Assembly: GCA_964525635.1 (NCBI GenBank)
Contig: CAZGJX010000020.1
Coordinates: 1 to 47,175 of the forward strand
Origin: an uncultured archaeon
Lineage (GTDB): Archaea; Asgardarchaeota; Lokiarchaeia; Sigyniarchaeales; SOKP01
Length of the DNA stretch: 47,175 nt
Reading direction: 5' to 3'
Below are positions 19,413 through 29,107 of the stretch, one piece after another. The stretch's first letter is position 1, and every line of letters starts with the position of its first letter. The translations under genes were made by a program, and so were the position numbers. The notes beneath the pieces were generated by a model. It made no database searches and had not been told where the DNA came from. It saw only the letters and a list, made by a program, of their open reading frames with translations.

Positions 19413-20423
19413 TTATGTAAAAATCTCTTTAATTAACCACTTTAAGGGTTCTATTAATAGCGGAGATTGTTCAGAAACATCTAATGAATAAAATTTAAAA
19501 GGAATATCTTTTTTATTTCTTATTTCTTTTAGTTTAAGGATTTTCTTAATTTCTCTTTCTCTTAAAATTTCCTTATTTTTAAATGTATTATTTATGATTA
19601 AAAGTGGAATTTTACCATGCATTTTGCTTGAATAAGAAGAGATAAAATTTTCCATAAATAAATTAACTTCATTAAAGGTGTCCTTATCTTTATTATTAAC
19701 CATATAAATTATAGCTTGAACATTCTTCAATTTAACCTTACCTTCTAAAAATCTGAATGTATTTGGAATAATAATATTATCAATTAATACAGATAGAATT
19801 CTGGTAGGAATGTCTAATTTTCTTTGACTATAAAACTGGATTGTTTCAATAGTTTTTAAAAAAGTATCTTTACCAGATCCTTTCGGTCCTAAGAGATAAA
19901 TTTTTTTTTGAAGACTAATGTCTTGTGTAATAATTTTAATCTCAGATTCTGGAAATACTAAATCATAATAACTATCATAAAGAGAAAAAAAATCCACATT
20001 ATCCTTTATGCAATATTCTGTAAATTGTTTTATAGTTGGATCTTTTTTATATTTATGCAAAACTAAGTTAAAATTTGGGAGTTTTTTCAACTCAGATGCG
20101 AAATTTTCTAAAATCGATTGTTTTAAATTTAAATATTTTAAGATATCAGTGAGTTCGTTTTTAAAATATGATGCTCGGATTATACAAGAAATCATGATTA
20201 AATCTTCCCCTCCTCTTGCAAGGTTAGATTCCATAAAGAAAATGGTATTTATCGTCTGAAATTTTCGAAAAGAAAATGTAAATGTGCCTTCAACAGTGCC
20301 AAATTCTAAAATCTTCGATAAATCGGGAAATTCATAGATATTACCTATATCTGATTTACTATAAAGTATATTAGGACCTATACGCATGTCAAAATATGAA
20401 ATAACTAAAAATTTTTCTATCAT
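19413..20423 (-). CDS. uDENN/longin-like N-terminal domain fused to a degenerate small GTPase
   Basis: SYFDMRIGP and LARGGEDLIMIS; P-loop GPKGSGKDT; no DxxG; NNT in place of NKxD. Confidence 0.6.
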   Translation of the reverse strand: MIEKFLVISYFDMRIGPNILYSKSDIGNIYEFPDLSKILEFGTVEGTFTFSFRKFQTINTIFFMESNLARGGEDLIMISCIIRASYFKNELTDILKYLNLKQSILENFASELKKLPNFNLVLHKYKKDPTIKQFTEYCIKDNVDFFSLYDSYYDLVFPESEIKIITQDISLQKKIYLLGPKGSGKDTFLKTIETIQFYSQRKLDIPTRILSVLIDNIIIPNTFRFLEGKVKLKNVQAIIYMVNNKDKDTFNEVNLFMENFISSYSSKMHGKIPLLIINNTFKNKEILREREIKKILKLKEIRNKKDIPFKFYSLDVSEQSPLLIEPLKWLIKEIFT

Positions 20424-20774
20424 TTTTTAATTTGATACTCAATTTCAATTTAATAACATAATAAAAATTCATAGTAATAGTTTTATTCTTTAAAAAATAT
20501 AAATCGATAATAAGGATCCTAAGAATCTTTCTTTTTAGTATATCCAACAGATTAGGTATGAAAAGAAATAGGAAAAAAGCTCCACCAGTGTGAGGAAAAT
20601 TAGATAAAGAAGACTTAAAAGAACTCTAACTCTAAAATCGATAAAATTTTAAAAAATTTAAGTATTTTTCTCTTAAAAATGCGATAATAAACCCAAAATT
20701 TAAATGTTTATTTAATTTTAAATTACTATTAACTAAAGTGAAAGATATATATAAAATAAGATTATTGATTACTT

Positions 20775-21176
20775 ATGTCTAAGGATTATATTAAAGGACA
20801 GATTAATGCAAAAGAAAGTGAAATAACTAGAATTGATGAAGAATCATCTAATCACCTAGCTTCTGCTGAAAAAGAAGTTGAAGAGGAATTTGATTCTAAT
20901 ATTGAGAAATTACAAACTAAATTTGATGAAGAAGAAAAATTAAGAGATGAGGCTATTCAAAAAGCAGAGGAATGGACACAAAAAAAGAAAGAAAAGATTA
21001 CATCTGCTAAGACTGTTGGAAAGGAGCTTACCCAATTAAAAAGCGAGAAAGAAAAAACTTTAAATGCTAAAATAAAAGAGATTAATACTAATAAGAAAAA
21101 TCAAATTCAAGAAGTTAAAAAAGAAATAAAAGTATTAGAAAAACAATTAGCAAGTTTAGAAAAGGAACAAGCTTAA
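20775..21176 (+). CDS. Charged coiled-coil protein
   Basis: E/K-rich heptads, followed by a T-tract. Confidence 0.7.
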   Translation: MSKDYIKGQINAKESEITRIDEESSNHLASAEKEVEEEFDSNIEKLQTKFDEEEKLRDEAIQKAEEWTQKKKEKITSAKTVGKELTQLKSEKEKTLNAKIKEINTNKKNQIQEVKKEIKVLEKQLASLEKEQA

Positions 21177-21291
21177 GCAGTTCACCAATAGGATCTCAAA
21201 TCTCTTTTTTTTTATCTATATAAAATGAGAAATTTTGTATAATTTATTAATTTTGTAATTAATCCGAGAAAATGTTCTAAATACACTTGAA

Positions 21292-21443
21292 AGATTTTTC
21301 TATCAAATTCTTCTTTTTAGAAACCATGATGAGAAAAAGAACTATGTATATTCAATTTGATTTTAGTAAATTTACACAAGAATTAATTGGTTTTAATCAA
21401 GGATCTGGAATTACATAATATTAGAATTCTAATTTGAGAAATT
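21292..21443 (+). repeat. About 150-bp direct repeat, copy 2 (orphan 3' fragment of hydrolase gene)
   Basis: Translates FSIKFFFLETMMRKRTMYIQFDFSKFTQELIGFNQGSGIT*. Confidence 0.9.
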
Positions 21444-21843
21444 CTTATTTGAAGATGATTTTTCAGTTTAAAATCAATTGTAAAGACTTAAATATTTATA
21501 GCTTTGCAACAAGTTGTATTTTTCCCAAAAATTCCACTAAAATCGGACGTTGAATTGATTTACAGAGATAGAATTGATATATTAAAAAATTTAAAATAAA
21601 AATTTTTTTTTTTTCCTCAACTTATGTAATTAGTTAGATATTAGATGGATTAAATAACTTACAAGATTTTTCTAAAGATTTGTTAACAATGAATAACACT
21701 TTTCTTAAACTTTTATATATGATAAAATTTTAATGAACACATAGAACAATTTTTAAAAATTGATATATCATAATGTTTATATCTAAAGAAATTAAAATCT
21801 CCTTTATAAATAATTACAATATATATAAATTGGTGTAATCAAA

Positions 21844-22578
21844 ATGAGTGTTGATTGGATAAAAGCTGAAAAAAATCCAGAAGCAAAACAGAAAATATCA
21901 GGAAAATTTATGATCGATATTAGAACCAAGGTAAATGACCTTGAAAAAGAATTAGCAGGTCTAAAACATAGTTTTAAGCAAAAGGCCATAGATTTAAAAG
22001 AATCTAATGAAAAACTTGAAGAAACTGAAGAACAATTAGATGAGTTAAAAACTGAATTTATAGAAAAGATGGAATTATTAACTGAACTAAAAAAAAAAAA
22101 AGAAAATTTAAATCATAAAATATCAGAGTTGGAGAATAATTTAATCAAATCAAATAATACTCTAAATAATTTTGAGCAAAAGGTCTCTGAATTACAAAAT
22201 CAATTGAATGAATCAGAGAAGAACAAGGAAGAATTAAAAAATGTGTTGATAAAGACAGAAACATGGGGCAAAGATTTTGAAAATCAACTTAATGAGAAAA
22301 ATAATCAAATAGAAGAATTAAGTAAGAGAATTGATGAAAAAAATGAACTAATTGAAACCAAAAAAGATGAACTAAAAAAAAATAAGAATATAATTAATGA
22401 ATTGGAGGAGAGGATTGAACAAAAAGATAGAGAGTTTGAATTAAAAAATCAAGAAATTGAATTGGATTCTTTAAATCTGATTTTCCAGAAAATTAAACAA
22501 ATGATGGAGCTTAAAGGATTTGTTTCAGAAAAAGAGTTTGAAAAATTTTTGCGGGAAGAAAATATTCCTGTATTCTAA
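21844..22578 (+). CDS. Coiled-coil protein, paralog of 11405..11932
   Basis: MSVDWIKAEKNPEAKQKISGK ... KGFVSEKEFE. Confidence 0.75.
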   Translation: MSVDWIKAEKNPEAKQKISGKFMIDIRTKVNDLEKELAGLKHSFKQKAIDLKESNEKLEETEEQLDELKTEFIEKMELLTELKKKKENLNHKISELENNLIKSNNTLNNFEQKVSELQNQLNESEKNKEELKNVLIKTETWGKDFENQLNEKNNQIEELSKRIDEKNELIETKKDELKKNKNIINELEERIEQKDREFELKNQEIELDSLNLIFQKIKQMMELKGFVSEKEFEKFLREENIPVF

Positions 22579-22788
22579 TTCTAAATTTATGCTGATATTA
22601 TTATAATAAGCTGAAAAACATATTTTATATTCTTTATATTTATCTTATTAAGATTTTAGAGTTGAATTCATATATTATAGTAGTAAAGATATAGCATAAT
22701 ATCATATTTCAATAGAGAGTTAATCAAAAAACTGATATAATAAGCATGAATTACTAAATTATAATATTTTAAAAAACAATAAAATAAT

Positions 22789-23058
22789 ATGAAAGCAATT
22801 GTAAGTGTAGTTGGATTGGATAAACCAGGAATTGTTGCTACTGTTTCTACTACTTTAGCAAAGCATAATATAAATATTATAGATATAACTCAATCCTATG
22901 CTCATGATTTTTTCACAATGATTTTAATAGTTGATTTTGAAAAGAGTGATATTACCTTGAAAGAAATTTCAGATGAGTTAAGAGAAGAGGGAGAAAAAAT
23001 TGGAGTATTCATAACAATTCAACATGAAGATATTTTTCGTGCAATGCATAGAATATAA
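22789..23058 (+). CDS. ACT-domain protein (UPF0237)
   Basis: VVGLDKPGIVA, NIIDITQ, IQHEDIFRAMHRI; usual partner of UPF0210. Confidence 0.9.
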   Translation: MKAIVSVVGLDKPGIVATVSTTLAKHNINIIDITQSYAHDFFTMILIVDFEKSDITLKEISDELREEGEKIGVFITIQHEDIFRAMHRI

Positions 23059-23075
23059 AATTAAAGGTGAGTTAA

Positions 23076-24536
23076 ATAGAATCATATACAACTACGGAAA
23101 TTTTTGAAACAAAACGTATGATTGAAGAGCAAGGATTAGATGTAAGAACTATAACAATGGGAACTAATTTATTAGATTGTGCTGATTCATCTTTAGATAA
23201 AATGAAAGAAAAAATTGATTCTAAAATTTATTCTTTAGCGAAAAAATTATCTGAAGTAGCAACTTCAATAGAGGATGATTATGGCATACCAATAATTAAT
23301 AGAAGAATAACTGTAACACCAATTTCATTATTATTAGGAGCATTGGATTCAGTTCAAGAAATGCCTTTAGATGATATTCAAAAATTTAATGATCCATTAT
23401 TTCAAAAATATAATATAAGAGAACCAAAGATAAGTCAAGACGCATTAAATTCATCTAAGGAAATAGCAGAATGCCTTGATAATGTTGCTAAAAAAGTAAA
23501 TGTTGATTTTCTTGGAGGTTTCTCAGCTTTAGTTCACAAAGGATTTACTCGTGCAGATTTATGTTTAATTCAAAGTTTACCAGAGATTTTATCTTCAACA
23601 GAAAGAGTTTGTAGTTCAATAAATCTTGCATCAACTCGATCTGGTATGAACATGAATGCTGTTAAAATAATGGGTAATATAATTCATCAAATAGCTATGA
23701 ATACAAGAGATAATAATTCTATAGGTTGTGCAAAATTAGTTGTATTTGCTAATGCTGTAGAAGATAATCCATTTATGGCAGGAGGATTTCATGGTGTAGG
23801 AGAATCTGAATGTTGTATCAATGTAGGTATTTCAGGTCCAGGTGTTATTAGGAATATTGTTAAACATCAAAAAAAAGTAGATTTTGAAAGTTTAGCAGAG
23901 TCTATTAAAAAAACTGCTTTTAAAATAACTAGAATGGGTCAGCTGGTAGCTCAACAGGCTGCAAAACGATTAAATATCCCTTTTGGAATTGTTGATATCT
24001 CATTAGCCCCAACAACTCGCCCTTTTGATAGTGTTGCGGGAATCCTAGAAGAAATGGGTATTGAAATCACAGGAGGACCTGGTACTACGGCAGCGTTAGC
24101 TTTACTAACTGATGCAGTTAAAAAAGGAGGATTAATGGCATCATCTTATGTTGGAGGATTATCAGGGGCTTTCATTCCTGTTAGTGAAGATAAATTTATG
24201 ACAGAAGCTGCTAGAAAAAACATTCTAACAATAGAAAAACTTGAGGCTATGACATCTGTATGTTCAGTAGGCTTAGACATGGTCTGCATTCCTGGCTCAA
24301 CATCACCAGCAACTATTTCTGGAATAATTGCAGATGAAGCTGCCATAGGAATGATTAATAACAAAACTACAGGAGTTAGAATAATTCCAGTAATAGGAAA
24401 GAAAACTGGAGAGGAAGTAGAATTTGGGGGACTACTTGGAAAATCTATTATAATGCCAGTAAAACAGAGTTCTTGTGAAACATTTATCAATAGGCAAGGG
24501 AGAATACCTGCTCCAGTCCATTCACAAAGGAACTAG
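23076..24536 (+). CDS. UPF0210/DUF711 PFL-like protein (probable ATA start at 23076; first ATG 23118)
   Basis: EIFETKRMI..LDVRTITMG, EDNPFMAG, GGLSGAFIPVSED, CSVGLDM. Confidence 0.9.
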   Translation: MESYTTTEIFETKRMIEEQGLDVRTITMGTNLLDCADSSLDKMKEKIDSKIYSLAKKLSEVATSIEDDYGIPIINRRITVTPISLLLGALDSVQEMPLDDIQKFNDPLFQKYNIREPKISQDALNSSKEIAECLDNVAKKVNVDFLGGFSALVHKGFTRADLCLIQSLPEILSSTERVCSSINLASTRSGMNMNAVKIMGNIIHQIAMNTRDNNSIGCAKLVVFANAVEDNPFMAGGFHGVGESECCINVGISGPGVIRNIVKHQKKVDFESLAESIKKTAFKITRMGQLVAQQAAKRLNIPFGIVDISLAPTTRPFDSVAGILEEMGIEITGGPGTTAALALLTDAVKKGGLMASSYVGGLSGAFIPVSEDKFMTEAARKNILTIEKLEAMTSVCSVGLDMVCIPGSTSPATISGIIADEAAIGMINNKTTGVRIIPVIGKKTGEEVEFGGLLGKSIIMPVKQSSCETFINRQGRIPAPVHSQRN

Positions 24537-24593
24537 AGATATTCAAATATCAAAAAAGAAGATAAAATTAATAGATTGCAGAAGAAATTTAAG

Positions 24594-25661
24594 TTAAAAA
24601 TCTCGCTCATAGACAAATGATAATAGATCATCAAATACTTCAAATTCATCGAAGTTTATTGAGGATTTTAACTTATTCAAAGCTTCTTTAGCTTCTTGAT
24701 AATATGTATCAGCTAATTTTTTACAAGATGATAATACATTTGCTTCATTATATAATTCCTTTACTCTCTCTACTTCTTCCTCACTTATATTTGGTTTTTC
24801 AAAAATCTCTAAAAGTTCATTTTTCTTATTATTGTCTAATTGATTAAGTGCTTCAATTAATAAACAAGTTTTTTTTCCTTCTTTAATATCACTATCCGCT
24901 GGTTTTCCAGTTTTTTCTTCATTTCCAAAAGTTCCTAAGATGTCATCTTTAATTTGAAAAATTATTCCCAAATCCATACCATAAATACTTAATAATTGTT
25001 TGTTTTCTTCACCAGCATTCGCATATGTCGCCCCAATTAATATTGATTTTTCAATTAATGCTCCAGTTTTTAAGGATATCATTTCAATGTAATCATCCAT
25101 AGCAAGATCTCTTTGATTTACCATATCAATTTCTATTAATACTCCATTAGCAATTTCTATGAAAGCTTGTTTGTAAAGGAACAGGGCTTCGAAGTTTATT
25201 TTTTCATTGAATTCATTTTCTAAATAAGGTTCCATACCAATAAAATAAGCTGAATCCCCTCCAACAATTCCCATTGAATTTCCAAACTCAGTTATTTGCA
25301 TTCTTTTTAAATTATATTTTTTATGGAATTGTTGATAACGATAATGGAAAGTTGGTTTTCCTCTTCTAAAATCATCATTATCAATAATATCATCATGTAT
25401 TAGTGAGGCATTATGGAGAAATTCTGTACCTACACAGGGAATTAAAATTTTTTCATCTTTTTTTTTGGAAAAAGCATTATATGCTACGATGCATAAAAGA
25501 GGTCTAATTCGCTTTCCTCCACTTAAAAAATAATCTTTTAATTCAGAATAATACCTCTTAAGGAATTCATTACGAACTAAATTAATTTTGTTATCATAGA
25601 AAGTACTGATAACTTTATTTATTTTTGATTTATAAATCTCTGTATATTCTAAAAATTTCAT
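24594..25661 (-). CDS. Trans-polyprenyl diphosphate synthase (GGPP synthase-like)
   Basis: GGKRIRP, HDDIID..RRG, KTG, FQIKDD, DIKEGK. Confidence 0.9.
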   Translation of the reverse strand: MKFLEYTEIYKSKINKVISTFYDNKINLVRNEFLKRYYSELKDYFLSGGKRIRPLLCIVAYNAFSKKKDEKILIPCVGTEFLHNASLIHDDIIDNDDFRRGKPTFHYRYQQFHKKYNLKRMQITEFGNSMGIVGGDSAYFIGMEPYLENEFNEKINFEALFLYKQAFIEIANGVLIEIDMVNQRDLAMDDYIEMISLKTGALIEKSILIGATYANAGEENKQLLSIYGMDLGIIFQIKDDILGTFGNEEKTGKPADSDIKEGKKTCLLIEALNQLDNNKKNELLEIFEKPNISEEEVERVKELYNEANVLSSCKKLADTYYQEAKEALNKLKSSINFDEFEVFDDLLSFVYERDF

Positions 25662-25769
25662 TAATATTCATTTATCAACTCAAATAATTAGACATTTAAA
25701 TTATTGATAAGAATTAAATTTATCGACTGAGATGGATGTATTCATATTTTCAAGATATTTTAAATTCTT

Positions 25770-26738
25770 TTAAATTAAAGGACTATTTGGAAGTAATGCC
25801 TTTAATATATTTCTATCCCATAACTTGGTTTTTAAATTAATAATACCAAAAAGATCTTCACAAAAATTCCAATATGCCCAACCTATGCTCCGTTTCTCAG
25901 CTTCTTCTCTGATATAAGTCGTCCAACGGACTCGAGAATTATAATCTGCATGAATTATAGCTCCAAATTCTCCCAAAAAAAGTGGAATATTATTATTATT
26001 TCTTGCCCACTCAACAGCCTGATCAAATGCTAAACTAATAGCTAGTTTTTGTTGAGTTGTACCTTCCCACGTATTCCCTAACCACTGATTACTATCTAAT
26101 TCCCAACTTGCTCCTTGATGAGTAAATTCAAATGGTTCATAGAAATGAAAATTTATTACAATGTTATTATCATTTTCAGGCACTTCTAGCATATTTAAAT
26201 ATCTTAATTTATTATAGAAAACAGGACCATAGATAATCTTCCTATTCGGATTTGTTCTTCTAATAACAGGAATAACTTCTTTAAGATATTGATTCCAGAG
26301 ATAAGGATTTCTATCAAATTCCTCAAATGGTTCATTTAAAAGTTCAAAAAATATATTAGTTGGTGCATTTTGGTAATGTGTTGATATCTGTTCCCATAAT
26401 GAAAGGAATCGAGTCTTATGGGCTTCTGGGAAAAGCATTAATTCCTTATAATGATGAATGTCTAATATAGCGGTCAATCCTCTCGAGAGGGCATTTTGAA
26501 CAACCCAATCAATTCTTTCAAAAAAAGAAGAATCGATTCTGTAAGGTGAATTTATATCAGCATGACTGGACCATCTTATTGGAATTCTAACTAGATTAAA
26601 ACCTGCTTTTTGTACAAGGTCAAAGAATTCTTCTTGTAAAAATAATCCCCAATCACCCTCTTTTGGTGCATCTAAGATATTTCCTAAATTAATTCCTCGT
26701 AAACTATGTAATAAAATATGATTATTATTTAAGTCCAT
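25770..26738 (-). CDS. Glycoside hydrolase family 5 (endoglucanase-like)
   Basis: RGINLGN, VRIPIRW, ELLNEP (acid/base), HFYEPFEFTHQGA, LGEFG (nucleophile). Confidence 0.9.
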   Translation of the reverse strand: MDLNNNHILLHSLRGINLGNILDAPKEGDWGLFLQEEFFDLVQKAGFNLVRIPIRWSSHADINSPYRIDSSFFERIDWVVQNALSRGLTAILDIHHYKELMLFPEAHKTRFLSLWEQISTHYQNAPTNIFFELLNEPFEEFDRNPYLWNQYLKEVIPVIRRTNPNRKIIYGPVFYNKLRYLNMLEVPENDNNIVINFHFYEPFEFTHQGASWELDSNQWLGNTWEGTTQQKLAISLAFDQAVEWARNNNNIPLFLGEFGAIIHADYNSRVRWTTYIREEAEKRSIGWAYWNFCEDLFGIINLKTKLWDRNILKALLPNSPLI

Positions 26739-26883
26739 ATAAATCAGATATAAATTAATTATTAAAAAGGATTTAGATTTAATTAGTCATCATTTATCTA
26801 AAACTTCTATGATTCTTCATTTATTAGTTTTTCTTCTTTTCTGGTATAATTAAATTATACAATAATAATACTAAGCTAATTTT

Positions 26884-27804
26884 TTAAGGTTTGAAGAAAT
26901 CTATCAACCTCTTTTCTATATTATGCATTAATTCATCCAATTTCCTTTCATTAAAGCTTTCAGAAATACCAATAAGATATTCTAAGTTTGACTTGAGAAA
27001 ATTCAATCTCAATATTCTCACAATGCGTATTTTATTATCAGTTTTAAATATATGACTTTCATTATCTAAAAAAGATTCTATTCCAAATTTTTCTTTAAGA
27101 TGATTAAAGGTTTCGAAAGAATCACATATTAGATTAATATTATAATCATTAGATTTCGATTGTGTAATAATTTTATTTTGGTTATCAATAACTATAGTTA
27201 GAATATGTGAATATTTTTTAATTAAATCATCTAATAATTTTTTAATTTGATGGGTTATTTCTGAGAAACTACTGAGAATATCTGAAAATGTATTGTGTAC
27301 GCTGTAGATTAAATCTTCATATATACTTGTATAATAGACATATAATTCAATAGGCAAATCGAATAAATTTTGAATCTGGTGTGGCATAAGTCTAATATTA
27401 TTTTGAATTAGTTTGGGAATTCTATCTATTTTATGATAAATTAAAATTAAACGTGCTTTTTTACAGATACTTCTCATTTTTTTATACACAATTTGTACTT
27501 CTTGAATTATTTTCTGCGTATTTTCTTTAAGGATTTCAAAATCAAATATATATAAAACAATATCTACATTTTCAAATGCTTTTAACAGAGTTTCATCCTT
27601 TAAAGGAGGATCATTCTCCTTGTTTGGAAGATCTAATATAGTTAATTCAATATTTAACCAATCATATTCATTTGATTCAACACCTTTTGTGGATTCCAAT
27701 GGTTCTTTAAATAAAGTATTAGGATTTAAGTTTTCAAAAATAATCCTTTTTAAACTTGTCTTACCCACACCAATCCTTCCAACAAAAAGAATTTTATGTT
27801 CTAT
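26884..27804 (-). CDS. Rag/Gtr-like small GTPase with C-terminal roadblock-like domain, degenerate G3 (start extended to ATA 27804)
   Basis: Upstream in-frame KILFVGRIGVGKTS completes the P-loop; DLPN at G3; HKID G4; YTSI G5. Confidence 0.7.
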   Translation of the reverse strand: MEHKILFVGRIGVGKTSLKRIIFENLNPNTLFKEPLESTKGVESNEYDWLNIELTILDLPNKENDPPLKDETLLKAFENVDIVLYIFDFEILKENTQKIIQEVQIVYKKMRSICKKARLILIYHKIDRIPKLIQNNIRLMPHQIQNLFDLPIELYVYYTSIYEDLIYSVHNTFSDILSSFSEITHQIKKLLDDLIKKYSHILTIVIDNQNKIITQSKSNDYNINLICDSFETFNHLKEKFGIESFLDNESHIFKTDNKIRIVRILRLNFLKSNLEYLIGISESFNERKLDELMHNIEKRLIDFFKP

Positions 27805-27949
27805 GTTTTATCAACTATTTATAAAAATAAATTCAAATTAAATTGAATAATTTAATATATAATTATACTCTCTATTAAAACTCTTCATACAAATTTCTTG
27901 TATATAATCAGATATTATCTTTGAAAATAAATATGATAGATTCTCTATA

Positions 27950-28873
27950 TTATTTAAAATAGCTAATTAAGTTTGATTTTATTCTATGAATTACTTTATC
28001 CAAGTTTATTTCATTAAAATTGTCAGAAATACCAATTAGATATTGTAAATTTGATTTAAGAAATTTAAGTTTCGCTATTTTAACCACAAATATTTTATCA
28101 TTTGAATTAAATAGATGACTTTCCATATCTGAATATTCTTCTAACTTATTTTGTTCCCATAGATTGTAAAATATAATAAAAGAATCATAAATAAGATTTA
28201 TATTAAAGCTCTGAGTTTTTGATTGTGTAATTACTTTATTCTGGTCATCAGTTATCAAACAGAGAACATTAGATTCATTTTGTATGGAATCATCCAAAAT
28301 CTTTTTTATAGAATGAGTATTGCTTGAAAAGCTACTAAGTAATTCTGAAAAAGTGTTATGAACACTATATATAAAATCCTCTTTTATACTCGTAAAATAA
28401 ATATTTGGTTTTATAGGAAGGTTGATGAGAAATTGAACTTGATTTGTTAAAATTCGGAGATTATTTTGAAGTAATTTAGGTATTAGATCAATTTTATGAT
28501 ATATTAAAATTAATTTTGCTTTATTATTTATTTTTTTCATAATTTTATATATTTTTTGTATTTCTTCTATTATTTCTTGGGAATTTTTCATTAGAATAGT
28601 ATAATCAAACATATATATGATAAGATCCGCTTTTTCAAAAGCATTTAATTGATTTTCACCTTCCTTAAAAAGATTTTGAATTTCTTGTCCAGACGTATCA
28701 AATATACTTAGTTTTACATCTAACCATGTATATTCAGTTGTCTCAATTCCGCGGGTTGGTTCCAAAGAATCTTGAATTAGAGTACTTGGTTTAGAATTTT
28801 CAAATATAATTTTTTTTAAGGATGTTTTTCCCACTCCTGCTCTTCCAATAAAAAGTATTTTATTTATAATTAT
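27950..28873 (-). CDS. Rag/Gtr-like small GTPase with C-terminal roadblock-like domain (start at ATA/ATT 28867-28873)
   Basis: KILFIGRAGVGKTS, LEPT, DTSGQ, HKID, FTSI. Confidence 0.8.
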   Translation of the reverse strand: MIINKILFIGRAGVGKTSLKKIIFENSKPSTLIQDSLEPTRGIETTEYTWLDVKLSIFDTSGQEIQNLFKEGENQLNAFEKADLIIYMFDYTILMKNSQEIIEEIQKIYKIMKKINNKAKLILIYHKIDLIPKLLQNNLRILTNQVQFLINLPIKPNIYFTSIKEDFIYSVHNTFSELLSSFSSNTHSIKKILDDSIQNESNVLCLITDDQNKVITQSKTQSFNINLIYDSFIIFYNLWEQNKLEEYSDMESHLFNSNDKIFVVKIAKLKFLKSNLQYLIGISDNFNEINLDKVIHRIKSNLISYFK

Positions 28874-29107
28874 AGATCATCTGCTAAAAAAATGAAAATA
28901 TTAAAAAAATTAGTTTTTTAATAATCATTTTAGCTTTTAAATATCACTAAAACAAAAAATTTATATTTCAATATTTTAAAATCTTTCTTATTTAATAGAT
29001 TAAGATGATAATTTTATCCTTATTAACAGAATTTTAGTTTAATAATAGGTTAATTATCAATAAAATTTAAGAAGAAATTATAAAAATTTCTATTTGAGTG
29101 TATTTTT

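Noticed and set aside
20568-20639. Short frame MKRNRKKAPPV*GKLDKEDLKEL with internal TGA
   Set aside because: It is too short, has no recognisable family and no SECIS seen nearby; probably a decayed fragment or chance.
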